Of a stretch of DNA of 64,000 bases, positions 48,656-63,600 are shown one piece after another; the stretch's first letter is position 1; the number at the start of each line of letters is the position of its first letter. The stretch spans positions 12,648,001 to 12,712,000 of the forward strand of contig OZ059894.1 in the NCBI GenBank assembly GCA_964057225.1, read 5' to 3'. The position numbers were made by a program, and so were the translations under genes. Under the pieces are notes generated by a model, which worked only from the letters and a program-made list of their open reading frames with translations, was not told the DNA's origin and searched no databases. This DNA comes from Auanema rhodensis. Lineage: Eukaryota; Animalia; Nematoda.

Positions 48656-51600
48656 TAATGAACGAATGAATTGTTCAAAACTATTGTAAAAATATGAGAT
48701 TGTTTCAAAATACGTGATTAAATGAAGAAAATGGAGTAAAATGAATTGGAAAATTATAAAATATTTCCATGTTTTATTTTCTTAGTATCAGAAAATTCAA
48801 ATTAAGATCGTTTTTAATGTTTCAAATCTCAATGAACGAATGAATTGTTTCAAAACTATTGTAAAAATATGAGATTGTTTCAAAATACGTGATTAAATGA
48901 AGAAAATAGAGTAAAATGAATTGGAATATTATAAAATATTTTCATGTTTTATTTCTTGAGTATCAAAATATTCAAACTTTTTTTTTTCACTGTTTAAAAT
49001 CTTAATGAACGAATGAATTGTTTCAAAACTATTGTAAAAATATGAGATTGTTTCAAAATACGTGATTAAATGAAGAAAATGGAGTAAAATGAATTGGAAA
49101 ATTATAAAATATTTCCATGTTTTATTTTCTTAGTATCAGAAAATTCAAATTAAGATCGTTTTTAATGTTTCAAATCTTAATGAACGAATGAATTGTTTCG
49201 AAACTATTGTAAAAATATGAGATTGTTTCAAAATACGTGATTAAATGAAGAAAATAGAGTAAAATGAATTGGAATATTATAAAATATTTTCATGTTTTAT
49301 TTCTTGAGTATCAAAATATTCAAACTTTTTTTTTTCACTGTTCAAAATCTTAATGAACGAATGAATTGTTTCAAAACTATTGTAAAAATTTGAGATTGTT
49401 TCAAAATACGTGATTAAATGAAGAAAATAGAGTAAAATGAATTGGAAAATTATAAAATATTTTCATGTTTTATTTCTTGAGTTTCAAAATATTCAAACTT
49501 TTTTTTTTCACTGTTTAAAATCTTAATGAACGAATGAATTGTTTCAAAACTATTATAAAAATATGAGATTGTTTCAAAATACGTGATTAAATGAAGAAAA
49601 TGGAGTAAAATGAATTGGAAAATTATAAAATATTTCCATGTTTTATTTTCTTAGTATCAGAAAATTCAAATTAAGATCGTTTTTAATGTTTCAAATCTCA
49701 ATGAACGAATGAATTGTTTCAAAACTATTGTAAAAATATGAGATTGTTTCAAAATACGTGATTAAATGAAGAAAATGGAGTAAAATGAATTGGAAAATTA
49801 TAAAATATTTCCATGTTTTATTTTCTTAGTATCAGAAAATTCAAATTAAGATCGTTTTTAATGTTTCAAATCTTAATGAACGAATGAATTGTTTCGAAAC
49901 TATTGTAAAAATATGAGATTGTTTCAAAATACGTGATTAAATGAAGAAAATAGAGTAAAATGAATTGGAATATTATAAAATATTTTCATGTTTTATTTCT
50001 TGAGTATCAAAATATTCAAACTTTTTTTTTTTCACTGTTTAAAATCTTAATGAACGAATGAATTGTTTCAAAACTATTGTAAAAATTTGAGATTGTTTCA
50101 AAATACGTGATTAAATGAAGAAAATAGAGTAAAATGAATTGGAAAATTATAAAATATTTTTCATGTTTATTTCTTGAGTTTCAAAATATTCAAACTTTTT
50201 TTTTTCACTGTTTAAAATCTTAATGAACGAATGAATTGTTTCAAAACTATTGTAAAAATATGAGATTGTTTCAAAATACGTGATTAAATGAAGAAAATGG
50301 AGTAAAATGAATTGGAAAATTATAAAATATTTCCATGTTTTATTTTCTTAGTATCAGAAAATTCAAATTAAGATTGTTTTTAATGTTTCAAATCTTAATG
50401 AACGAATTAATTGTTTCAAAACTATTGTAAAAATATGAGATTGTTTCAAATACGTGATTAAATGAAGAAAATAGAGTAAAATGAATTGGAATATTTTAAA
50501 ATATTTTCATGTTTTATTTCTTGAGTATCAAAATATTCAAACTTTTTTTTTTCACTGTTTAAAATCTCAATGAACGAATGAATTGTTTCAAAACTATTGT
50601 AAAAATATGAGATTGTTTCAAAATACGTGATTAAATGAAGAAAATGGAGTAAAATGAATTGGAAAATTATAAAATATTTTCATGTTTTATTTCTTGAGTT
50701 TCAAAATATTCAAACTTTTTTTTTTCACTATTCAAAATCTTAATGAACGAATGAATTGTTTCAAAACTATTGTAAAAATATGAGATTGTTTCAAAATACG
50801 TGATTAAATGAAGAAAATGGAGTAAAATGAATTGGAAAATTATAAAATATTTCCATGTTTTATTTTTTTAGTATCAGAAAATTCAAATTAAGATCGTTTT
50901 TAATGTTTCAAATCTCAATGAACGAATGAATTGTTTCAAAACTATTGTAAAAATATGAGATTGTTTCAAAATACGTGATTAAATGAAGAAAATGGAGTAA
51001 AATGAATTGGAAAATTATAAAATATTTTCATGTTTTATTTCTGAGTTTCAAAATATTCAAACTTTTTTTTTTCACTGTTTAAAATCTTAATGAACGAATG
51101 AATTGTTTCAAAAACTATTGTAAAAATATGAGATTGTTTCAAAATACGTGATTAAATGAAGAAAATGGAGTAAAATGAATTGGAAAATTATAAAATATTT
51201 TCATGTTTTATTTCTTGAGTTTCAAAATATTCAAACTTTTTTTTTTTCACTGTTTAAAATCTTAATGAACGAATGAATTGTTTCAAAACTATTGTAAAAA
51301 TATGAGATTGTTTCAAAATACGTGATTAAATGAAGAAAATGGAGTAAAATGAATTGGAAAATTATAAAATATTTCCATGTTCTATTTTTTTAGTATCAGA
51401 AAATTCAAATTAAGATCGTTTTTAATGTTTCAAATCTCAATGAACGAATGAATTGTTTCAAAACTATTGTAAAAATATGAGATTGTTTCAAAATACGTGA
51501 TCAAATGAAGAAAATAGAGTAAAATGAATTGGAAAATTATAAAATATTTTCATGTTTTATTTTTTGAGTATCAAAATATTTGAAATTATAACTTCTTTAC

Positions 51601-54600
51601 TGTTAAAAACATTATTAACTGGATGATTTGTTTCGAAATTATTGTAAAAATATGAGATTGTTTCAAAATACGTGATTAAATGAAGAAAATAGAGTAAAAT
51701 GAATTGGAAAATTTTAAAATATTTTCATGTTTTATTTTTTGAGTATCGAAATATTTAAAATTATATCTTCTTTACTGTTAAAAACATTATTAAATGAATG
51801 ATTTGTTTCGAAATTATTGTAAAAATTTGAGATTGTTTCAAAATACGTGATTAAATGAAGAAAATGGAGTAAAATGAATTGGAAAATTATAAAATATTTT
51901 CATGTTTCATTTTTTGAGTATCAAATAAATTAAAATTATATCTACTTTACTGTTAAAAACATTATTAACTGGATTATTTATTTCGAAATTATTGTAAAAT
52001 TTAAAATTGTTCCAAGAAACATAATTAAATGAAGAAAATAGAGTAAAATGAATTGGAAAATTTTAAAATATTTTCATGTTTTATTTTTTGAGTATCGAAA
52101 TATTTAAAATTATATCTTCTTCACTGTTAAAAACATTATTAAATGAATGATTTGTTTCGAAATTATTGTAAAAATTTGAGATTGTTTCAAAATACGTGAT
52201 TAAATGAAGAAAATGGAGTAAAATGAATTGGAAAATTATAAAATATTTCCATGTTTTATTTTCTTAGTATCAGAAAATTCAAATTAAGATCGTTTTTAAT
52301 GTTTCAAATCTTAATGAACGAATTAATTGTTTCAAAACTATTGTAAAAATATGAGATTGTTTCAAAATACGTGATTAAATGAAGGAAATGGAGTAAAATG
52401 AATTGGAAAAATATAAAATATTTTCATGTTTTATTTCTTGAGTTTCAAAATATTCAAACTTTTTTTTTTCACTGTTCAAAATCTTAATGAACGAATGAAT
52501 TGTTTCAAAACTATTGTAAAAATTTGAGATTGTTTCAAAATACGTGATTAAATGAAGAAAATGGAGTAAAATGAATTGGAAAATTATAAAATATTTTCAT
52601 GTTTCATTTTTTGAGTATCAAATAAATTAAAATTATATCTACTTTACTGTTAAAAACATTATTAACTGGATTATTTATTTCGAAATTATTGTAAAATTTA
52701 AAATTGTTCCAAGAAACATAATTAAATGAAGAAAATAGAGTAAAATGAATTGGAAAATTTTAAAATATTTTCATGTTTTATTTTTTGAGTATCGAAATAT
52801 TTAAAATTATATCTTCTTTACTGTTAAAAACATTATTAAATGAATGATTTGTTTCGAAATTATTGTAAAAATTTGAGATTGTTTCAAAATACGTGATTAA
52901 ATGAAGAAAATGGAGTAAAATGAATTGGAAAATTATAAAATATTTCCATGTTTTATTTTCTTAGTATCAGAAAATTCAAATTAAGATCGTTTTTAATGTT
53001 TCAAATCTTAATGAACGAATTAATTGTTTCAAAACTATTGTAAAAATATGAGATTGTTTCAAAATACGTGATTAAATGAAGGAAATGGAGTAAAATGAAC
53101 TGGAAAAATATAAAATATTTTCATGTTTTGTTTCTTGAGTTTCAAAATATTCAAACTTTTTTTTTTCACTGTTCAAAATCTTAATGAACGAATGAATTGT
53201 TTCAAAACTATTGTAAAAATTTGAGATTGTTTCAAAATACGTGATTAAATGAAGAAAATGGAGTAAAATGAATTGGAAAATTATAAAATATTTCCATGTT
53301 TTATTTTTTTAGTATCAAAATATTCAAAATTATATCTTTTTTACTGTTAAAAACATTATTAACTGGATGATTTGTTTCGAAATTATTGCAAAAATATGAG
53401 ATTGTTTCAAAATACGTGATTAAATGAAGAAAATGGAGTAAAATGAATTGGAAAATTATAAAATATTTTCCTGTTTTATTTCTTGAGTTTCAAAATATTC
53501 AAACTTTTTTTTTTCACTGTTTAAAATCTTAATGAACGAATGAATTGTTTCAAAACTATTGTAAAAATATGAGATTGTTTCAAAATACGTGATTAAATGA
53601 AGAAAATAGAGTAAAATGAATTGGAATATTATAAAATATTTTCATGTTTTATTTCTTGAGTATCAAAATATTCAAACTTTTTTTTTTCACTGTTTAAAAT
53701 CTTAATGAACGAATGAATTGTTTCAAAACTATTGTAAAAATATGAGATTGTTTCAAAATACGTGATTAAATGAAGAAAATGGAGTAAAATGAATTGGAAA
53801 ATTATAAAATATTTTCATGTTTTATTTCTTGAGTTTCAAAATATTCAAACTTTTTTTTTTCACTGTTTAAAATCTTAATGAACGAATGAATTGTTTCAAA
53901 ACTATTGTAAAAATATGAGATTGTTTCAAAATACGTGATTAAATGAAGAAAATGGAGTAAAATGAATTGGAAAATTATAAAATATTTCCATGTTTTATTT
54001 TCTTAGTATCAGAAAATTCAAATTAAGATCGTTTTTAATGTTTCAAATCTCAATGAACGAATGAATTGTTTCAAAACTATTGTAAAAATATGAGATTGTT
54101 TCAAAATACGTGATTAAATGAAGAAAATAGAGTAAAATGAATTGGAATATTATAAAATATTTTCATGTTTTATTTCTTGAGTATCAAAATATTCAAACTT
54201 TTTTTTTTCACTGTTTAAAATCTTAATGAACGAATGAATTGTTTCAAAACTATTGTAAAAATTTGAGATTGTTTCAAAATACGTGATTAAATGAAGAAAA
54301 TGGAGTAAAATGAATTGGAAAATTATAAAATATTTCCATGTTTTATTTTCTTAGTATCAGAAAATTCAAATTAAGATCGTTTTTAATGTTTCAAATCTTA
54401 ATGAACGAATGAATTGTTTCGAAACTATTGTAAAAATATGAGATTGTTTCAAAATACGTGATTAAATGAAGAAAATGGAGTAAAATGAATTGGAAAATTA
54501 TAAAATATTTCCATGTTTTATTTTTTTAGTATCAGAAAATTCAAATTAAGATTGTTTTTAATGTTTCAAATCTCAATGAACGAATGAATTGTTTCAAAAC

Positions 54601-57600
54601 TATTGTGAAAATATGAGATTGTTTCAAAATACGTGATTAAATGAAGAAAATGAAGTAAAATGAATTGGAAAATTATAAAATATTTTCATGTTTTATTTCT
54701 TGAGTATCAAAATATTCAAAATTATATCTTTTTTACTGTTAAAAACATTATTAACTGGATGATTTGTTTCGAAATTATTGCAAAAATATGAGATTGTTTC
54801 AAAATACGTGATTAAATGAAGAAAATGGAGTAAAATGAATTGGAAAATTATAAAATATTTTCCTGTTTTATTTCTTGAGTTTCAAAATATTCAAACTTTT
54901 TTTTTTCACTGTTTAAAATCTTAATGAACGAATGAATTGTTTCAAAACTATTGTAAAAATATGAGATTGTTTCAAAATACGTGATTAAATGAAGAAAATG
55001 GAGTAAAATGAATTGGAAAATTATAAAATATTTCCATGTTCTATTTTTTTAGTATCAGAAAATTCAAATTAAGATCGTTTTTAATGTTTCAAATCTCAAT
55101 GAACGAATGAATTGTTTCAAAACTATTGTAAAAATATGAGATTGTTTCAAAATACGTGATCAAATGAAGAAAATAGAGTAAAATGAATTGGAAAATTATA
55201 AAATATTTTCATGTTTTATTTTTTGAGTATCAAAATATTTGAAATTATAACTTCTTTACTGTTAAAAACATTATTAACTGGATGATTTGTTTCGAAATTA
55301 TTGTAAAAATATGAGATTGTTTCAAAATACGTGATTAAATGAAGAAAATAGAGTAAAATGAATTGGAAAATTTTAAAATATTTTCATGTTTTATTTTTTG
55401 AGTATCGAAATATTTAAAATTATATCTTCTTTACTGTTAAAAACATTATTAAATGAATGATTTGTTTCGAAATTATTGTAAAAATTTGAGATTGTTTCAA
55501 AATACGTGATTAAATGAAGAAAATGGAGTAAAATGAATTGGAAAATTATAAAATATTTTCATGTTTCATTTTTTGAGTATCAAATAAATTAAAATTATAT
55601 CTACTTTACTGTTAAAAACATTATTAACTGGATTATTTATTTCGAAATTATTGTAAAATTTAAAATTGTTCCAAGAAACATAATTAAATGAAGAAAATAG
55701 AGTAAAATGAATTGGAAAATTTTAAAATATTTTCATGTTTTATTTTTTGAGTATCGAAATATTTAAAATTATATCTTCTTTACTGTTAAAAACATTATTA
55801 AATGAATGATTTGTTTCGAAATTATTGTAAAAATTTGAGATTGTTTCAAAATACGTGATTAAATGAAGAAAATGGAGTAAAATGAATTGGAAAATTATAA
55901 AATATTTCCATGTTTTATTTTCTTAGTATCAGAAAATTCAAATTAAGATCGTTTTTAATGTTTCAAATCTTAATGAACGAATTAATTGTTTCAAAACTAT
56001 TGTAAAAATATGAGATTGTTTCAAAATACGTGATTAAATGAAGGAAATGGAGTAAAATGAATTGGAAAAATATAAAATATTTTCATGTTTTATTTCTTGA
56101 GTTTCAAAATATTCAAACTTTTTTTTTTCACTGTTCAAAATCTTAATGAACGAATGAATTGTTTCAAAACTATTGTAAAAATTTGAGATTGTTTCAAAAT
56201 ACGTGATTAAATGAAGAAAATGGAGTAAAATGAATTGGAAAATTATAAAATATTTTCATGTTTCATTTTTTGAGTATCAAATAAATTAAAATTATATCTA
56301 CTTTACTGTTAAAAACATTATTAACTGGATTATTTATTTCGAAATTATTGTAAAATTTAAAATTGTTCCAAGAAACATAATTAAATGAAGAAAATAGAGT
56401 AAAATGAATTGGAAAATTTTAAAATATTTTCATGTTTTATTTTTTGAGTATCGAAATATTTAAAATTATATCTTCTTTACTGTTAAAAACATTATTAAAT
56501 GAATGATTTGTTTCGAAATTATTGTAAAAATTTGAGATTGTTTCAAAATACGTGATTAAATGAAGAAAATGGAGTAAAATGAATTGGAAAATTATAAAAT
56601 ATTTCCATGTTTTATTTTCTTAGTATCAGAAAATTCAAATTAAGATCGTTTTTAATGTTTCAAATCTTAATGAACGAATTAATTGTTTCAAAACTATTGT
56701 AAAAATATGAGATTGTTTCAAAATACGTGATTAAATGAAGGAAATGGAGTAAAATGAACTGGAAAAATATAAAATATTTTCATGTTTTATTTCTTGAGTT
56801 TCAAAATATTCAAACTTTTTTTTTTCACTGTTCAAAATCTTAATGAACGAATGAATTGTTTCAAAACTATTGTAAAAATTTGAGATTGTTTCAAAATACG
56901 TGATTAAATGAAGAAAATGGAGTAAAATGAATTGGAAAATTATAAAATATTTCCATGTTTTATTTTTTTAGTATCAAAATATTCAAAATTATATCTTTTT
57001 TACTGTTAAAAACATTATTAACTGGATGATTTGTTTCGAAATTATTGCAAAAATATGAGATTGTTTCAAAATACGTGATTAAATGAAGAAAATGGAGTAA
57101 AATGAATTGGAAAATTATAAAATATTTTCCTGTTTTATTTCTTGAGTTTCAAAATATTCAAACTTTTTTTTTTCACTGTTTAAAATCTTAATGAACGAAT
57201 GAATTGTTTCAAAACTATTGTAAAAATATGAGATTGTTTCAAAATACGTGATTAAATGAAGAAAATAGAGTAAAATGAATTGGAATATTATAAAATATTT
57301 TCATGTTTTATTTCTTGAGTATCAAAATATTCAAACTTTTTTTTTTCACTGTTTAAAATCTTAATGAACGAATGAATTGTTTCAAAACTATTGTAAAAAT
57401 ATGAGATTGTTTCAAAATACGTGATTAAATGAAGAAAATGGAGTAAAATGAATTGGAAAATTATAAAATATTTTCATGTTTTATTTCTTGAGTTTCAAAA
57501 TATTCAAACTTTTTTTTTTCACTGTTTAAAATCTTAATGAACGAATGAATTGTTTCAAAACTATTGTAAAAATATGAGATTGTTTCAAAATACGTGATTA

Positions 57601-60600
57601 AATGAAGAAAATGGAGTAAAATGAATTGGAAAATTATAAAATATTTCCATGTTTTATTTTCTTAGTATCAGAAAATTCAAATTAAGATCGTTTTTAATGT
57701 TTCAAATCTCAATGAACGAATGAATTGTTTCAAAACTATTGTAAAAATATGAGATTGTTTCAAAATACGTGATTAAATGAAGAAAATAGAGTAAAATGAA
57801 TTGGAATATTATAAAATATTTTCATGTTTTATTTCTTGAGTATCAAAATATTCAAACTTTTTTTTTTCACTGTTTAAAATCTTAATGAACGAATGAATTG
57901 TTTCAAAACTATTGTAAAAATTTGAGATTGTTTCAAAATACGTGATTAAATGAAGAAAATGGAGTAAAATGAATTGGAAAATTATAAAATATTTCCATGT
58001 TTTATTTTCTTAGTATCAGAAAATTCAAATTAAGATCGTTTTTAATGTTTCAAATCTTAATGAACGAATGAATTGTTTCGAAACTATTGTAAAAATATGA
58101 GATTGTTTCAAAATACGTGATTAAATGAAGAAAATGGAGTAAAATGAATTGGAAAATTATAAAATATTTCCATGTTTTATTTTTTTAGTATCAGAAAATT
58201 CAAATTAAGATTGTTTTTAATGTTTCAAATCTCAATGAACGAATGAATTGTTTCAAAACTATTGTGAAAATATGAGATTGTTTCAAAATACGTGATTAAA
58301 TGAAGAAAATGGAGTAAAATGAATTGGAAAATTATAAAATATTTTCATGTTTTATTTCTTGAGTATCAAAATATTCAAAATTATATCTTTTTTACTGTTA
58401 AAAACATTATTAACTGGATGATTTGTTTCGAAATTATTGCAAAAATATGAGATTGTTTCAAAATACGTGATTAAATGAAGAAAATGGAGTAAAATGAATT
58501 GGAAAATTATAAAATATTTTCCTGTTTTATTTCTTGAGTTTCAAAATATTCAAACTTTTTTTTTTCACTGTTTAAAATCTTAATGAACGAATGAATTGTT
58601 TCAAAACTATTGTAAAAATATGAGATTGTTTCAAAATACGTGATTAAATGAAGAAAATAGAGTAAAATGAATTGGAATATTATAAAATATTTTCATGTTT
58701 TATTTCTTGAGTATCAAAATATTCAAACTTTTTTTTTTCACTGTTTAAAATCTTAATGAACGAATGAATTGTTTCAAAACTATTGTAAAAATATGAGATT
58801 GTTTCAAAAAACGTGATTAAATGAAGAAAATGGAGTAAAATGAATTGGAAAATTATAAAATATTTTCATGTTTTATTTCTTGAGTTTCAAAATATTCAAA
58901 CTTTTTTTTTTCACTGTTTAAAATCTTAATGAACGAATGAATTGTTTCAAAACTATTGTAAAAATATGAGATTGTTTCAAAATACGTGATTAAATGAAGA
59001 AAATGGAGTAAAATGAATTGGAAAATTATAAAATATTTCCATGTTTTATTTTCTTAGTATCAGAAAATTCAAATTAAGATCGTTTTTAATGTTTCAAATC
59101 TCAATGAACGAATGAATTGTTTCAAAACTATTGTAAAAATATGAGATTGTTTCAAAATACGTGATTAAATGAAGAAAATAGAGTAAAATGAATTGGAATA
59201 TTATAAAATATTTTCATGTTTTATTTCTTGAGTATCAAAATATTCAAACTTTTTTTTTTCACTGTTTAAAATCTTAATGAACGAATGAATTGTTTCAAAA
59301 CTATTGTAAAAATATGAGATTGTTTCAAAATACGTGATTAAATGAAGAAAATGGAGTAAAATGAATTGGAAAATTATAAAATATTTCCATGTTTTATTTT
59401 CTTAGTATCAGAAAATTCAAATTAAGATCGTTTTTAATGTTTCAAATCTTAATGAACGAATGAATTGTTTCGAAACTATTGTAAAAATATGAGATTGTTT
59501 CAAAATACGTGATTAAATGAAGAAAATAGAGTAAAATGAATTGGAATATTATAAAATATTTTCATGTTTTATTTCTTGAGTATCAAAATATTCAAACTTT
59601 TTTTTTTCACTGTTCAAAATCTTAATGAACGAATGAATTGTTTCAAAACTATTGTAAAAATTTGAGATTGTTTCAAAATACGTGATTAAATGAAGAAAAT
59701 AGAGTAAAATGAATTGGAAAATTATAAAATATTTTCATGTTTTATTTCTTGAGTTTCAAAATATTCAAACTTTTTTTTTTCACTGTTTAAAATCTTAATG
59801 AACAAATGAATTGTTTCAAAACTATTATAAAAATATGAGATTGTTTCAAAATACGTGATTAAATGAAGAAAATGGAGTAAAATGAATTGGAAAATTATAA
59901 AATATTTCCATGTTTTATTTTCTTAGTATCAGAAAATTCAAATTAAGATCGTTTTTAATGTTTCAAATCTCAATGAACGAATGAATTGTTTCAAAACTAT
60001 TGTAAAAATATGAGATTGTTTCAAAATACGTGATTAAATGAAGAAAATGGAGTAAAATGAATTGGAAAATTATAAAATATTTCCATGTTTTATTTTCTTA
60101 GTATCAGAAAATTCAAATTAAGATCGTTTTTAATGTTTCAAATCTTAATGAACGAATGAATTGTTTCGAAACTATTGTAAAAATATGAGATTGTTTCAAA
60201 ATACGTGATTAAATGAAGAAAATAGAGTAAAATGAATTGGAATATTATAAAATATTTTCATGTTTTATTTCTTGAGTATCAAAATATTCAAACTTTTTTT
60301 TTTCACTGTTTAAAATCTTAATGAACGAATGAATTGTCTCAAAACTATTGTAAAAATTTGAGATTGTTTCAAAATACGTGATTAAATGAAGAAAATAGAG
60401 TAAAATGAATTGGAAAATTATAAAATATTTTCATGTTTTATTTCTTGAGTTTCAAAATATTCAAACTTTTTTTTTTCACTGTTTAAAATCTTGATGAACG
60501 AATGAATTGTTTCAAAACTATTGTAAAAATATGAGATTGTTTCAAAATACGTGATTAAATGAAGAAAATGGAGTAAAATGAATTGGAAAATTATAAAATA

Positions 60601-63600
60601 TTTCCATGTTTTATTTTCTTAGTATCAGAAAATTCAAATTAAGATCGTTTTTAATGTTTCAAATCTTAATGAACGAATTAATTGTTTCAAAACTATTGTA
60701 AAAATATGAGATTGTTTCAAAATACGTGATTAAATGAAGAAAATAGAGTAAAATGAATTGGAATATTATAAAATATTTTCATGTTTTATTTCTTGAGTAT
60801 CAAAATATTCAAACTTTTTTTTTTCACTGTTTAAAATCTTAATGAACGAATGAATTGTTTCAAAACTATTGTAAAAATATGAGATTGTTTCAAAATACGT
60901 GATTAAATGAAGAAAATGGAGTAAAATGAATTGGAAAATTATAAAATATTTTCATGTTTTATTTCTTGAGTTTCAAAATATTCAAACTTTTTTTTTTCAC
61001 TATTCAAAATCTTAATGAACGAATGAATTGTTTCAAAACTATTGTAAAAATATGAGATTGTTTCAAAATACGTGATTAAATGAAGAAAATGGAGTAAAAT
61101 GAATTGGAAAATTATAAAATATTTCCATGTTTTATTTTTTTAGTATCAGAAAATTCAAATTAAGATCGTTTTTAATGTTTCAAATCTCAATGAACGAATG
61201 AATTGTTTCAAAACTATTGTAAAAATATGAGATTGTTTCAAAATACGTGATTAAATGAAGAAAATGGAGTAAAATGAATTGGAAAATTATAAAATATTTT
61301 CATGTTTTATTTCTTGAGTTTCAAAATATTCAAACTTTTTTTTTTCACTGTTTAAAATCTTAATGAACGAATGAATTGTTTCAAAACTATTGTAAAAATA
61401 TGAGATTGTTTCAAAATACGTGATTAAATGAAGAAAATGGAGTAAAATGAATTGGAAAATTATAAAATATTTTCATGTTTTATTTCTTGAGTTTCAAAAT
61501 ATTCAAACTTTTTTTTTTCACTGTTTAAAATCTTAATGAACGAATGAATTGTTTCAAAACTATTGTAAAAATATGAGATTGTTTCAAAATACGTGATCAA
61601 ATGAAGAAAATAGAGTAAAATGAATTGGAAAATTATAAAATATTTTCATGTTTTATTTTTTGAGTATCAGAAAATTCAAATTAAGATCGTTTTTAATGTT
61701 TCAAATCTCAATGAACGAATGAATTGTTTCAAAACTATTGTAAAAATATGAGATTGTTTCAAAATACGTGATCAAATGAAGAAAATAGAGTAAAATGAAT
61801 TGGAAAATTATAAAATATTTTCATGTTTTATTTTTTGAGTATCAAAATATTTGAAATTATAACTTCTTTACTGTTAAAAACATTATTAACTGGATGATTT
61901 GTTTCGAAATTATTGTAAAAATATGAGATTGTTTCAAAATACGTGATCAAATGAAGAAAATAGAGTAAAATGAATTGGAATATTATAAAATATTTTCATG
62001 TTTTATTTCTTGAGTATCAAAATATTCAAACTTTTTTTTTTCACTGTTTAAAATCTTAATGAACGAATGAATTGTCTCAAAACTATTGTAAAAATTTGAG
62101 ATTGTTTCAAAATACGTGATTAAATGAAGAAAATAGAGTAAAATGAATTGGAAAATTATAAAATATTTTCATGTTTTATTTCTTGAGTTTCAAAATATTC
62201 AAACTTTTTTTTTTCACTGTTTAAAATCTTGATGAACGAATGAATTGTTTCAAAACTATTGTAAAAATATGAGATTGTTTCAAAATACGTGATTAAATGA
62301 AGAAAATGGAGTAAAATGAATTGGAAAATTATAAAATATTTCCATGTTTTATTTTCTTAGTATCAGAAAATTCAAATTAAGATCGTTTTTAATGTTTCAA
62401 ATCTTAATGAACGAATTAATTGTTTCAAAACTATTGTAAAAATATGAGATTGTTTCAAAATACGTGATTAAATGAAGAAAATAGAGTAAAATGAATTGGA
62501 ATATTATAAAATATTTTCATGTTTTATTTCTTGAGTATCAAAATATTCAAACTTTTTTTTTTCACTGTTTAAAATCTTAATGAACGAATGAATTGTTTCA
62601 AAACTATTGTAAAAATATGAGATTGTTTCAAAATACGTGATTAAATGAAGAAAATGGAGTAAAATGAATTGGAAAATTATAAAATATTTTCATGTTTTAT
62701 TTCTTGAGTTTCAAAATATTCAAACTTTTTTTTTTCACTATTCAAAATCTTAATGAACGAATGAATTGTTTCAAAACTATTGTAAAAATATGAGATTGTT
62801 TCAAAATACGTGATTAAATGAAGAAAATGGAGTAAAATGAATTGGAAAATTATAAAATATTTCCATGTTTTATTTTTTTAGTATCAGAAAATTCAAATTA
62901 AGATCGTTTTTAATGTTTCAAATCTCAATGAACGAATGAATTGTTTCAAAACTATTGTAAAAATATGAGATTGTTTCAAAATACGTGATTAAATGAAGAA
63001 AATGGAGTAAAATGAATTGGAAAATTATAAAATATTTTCATGTTTTATTTCTTGAGTTTCAAAATATTCAAACTTTTTTTTTTCACTGTTTAAAATCTTA
63101 ATGAACGAATGAATTGTTTCAAAACTATTGTAAAAATATGAGATTGTTTCAAAATACGTGATTAAATGAAGAAAATGGAGTAAAATGAATTGGAAAATTA
63201 TAAAATATTTTCATGTTTTATTTCTTGAGTTTCAAAATATTCAAACTTTTTTTTTTCACTGTTTAAAATCTTAATGAACGAATGAATTGTTTCAAAACTA
63301 TTGTAAAAATATGAGATTGTTTCAAAATACGTGATCAAATGAAGAAAATAGAGTAAAATGAATTGGAAAATTATAAAATATTTTCATGTTTTATTTTTTG
63401 AGTATCAGAAAATTCAAATTAAGATCGTTTTTAATGTTTCAAATCTCAATGAACGAATGAATTGTTTCAAAACTATTGTAAAAATATGAGATTGTTTCAA
63501 AATACGTGATCAAATGAAGAAAATAGAGTAAAATGAATTGGAAAATTATAAAATATTTTCATGTTTTATTTTTTGAGTATCAAAATATTTGAAATTATAA

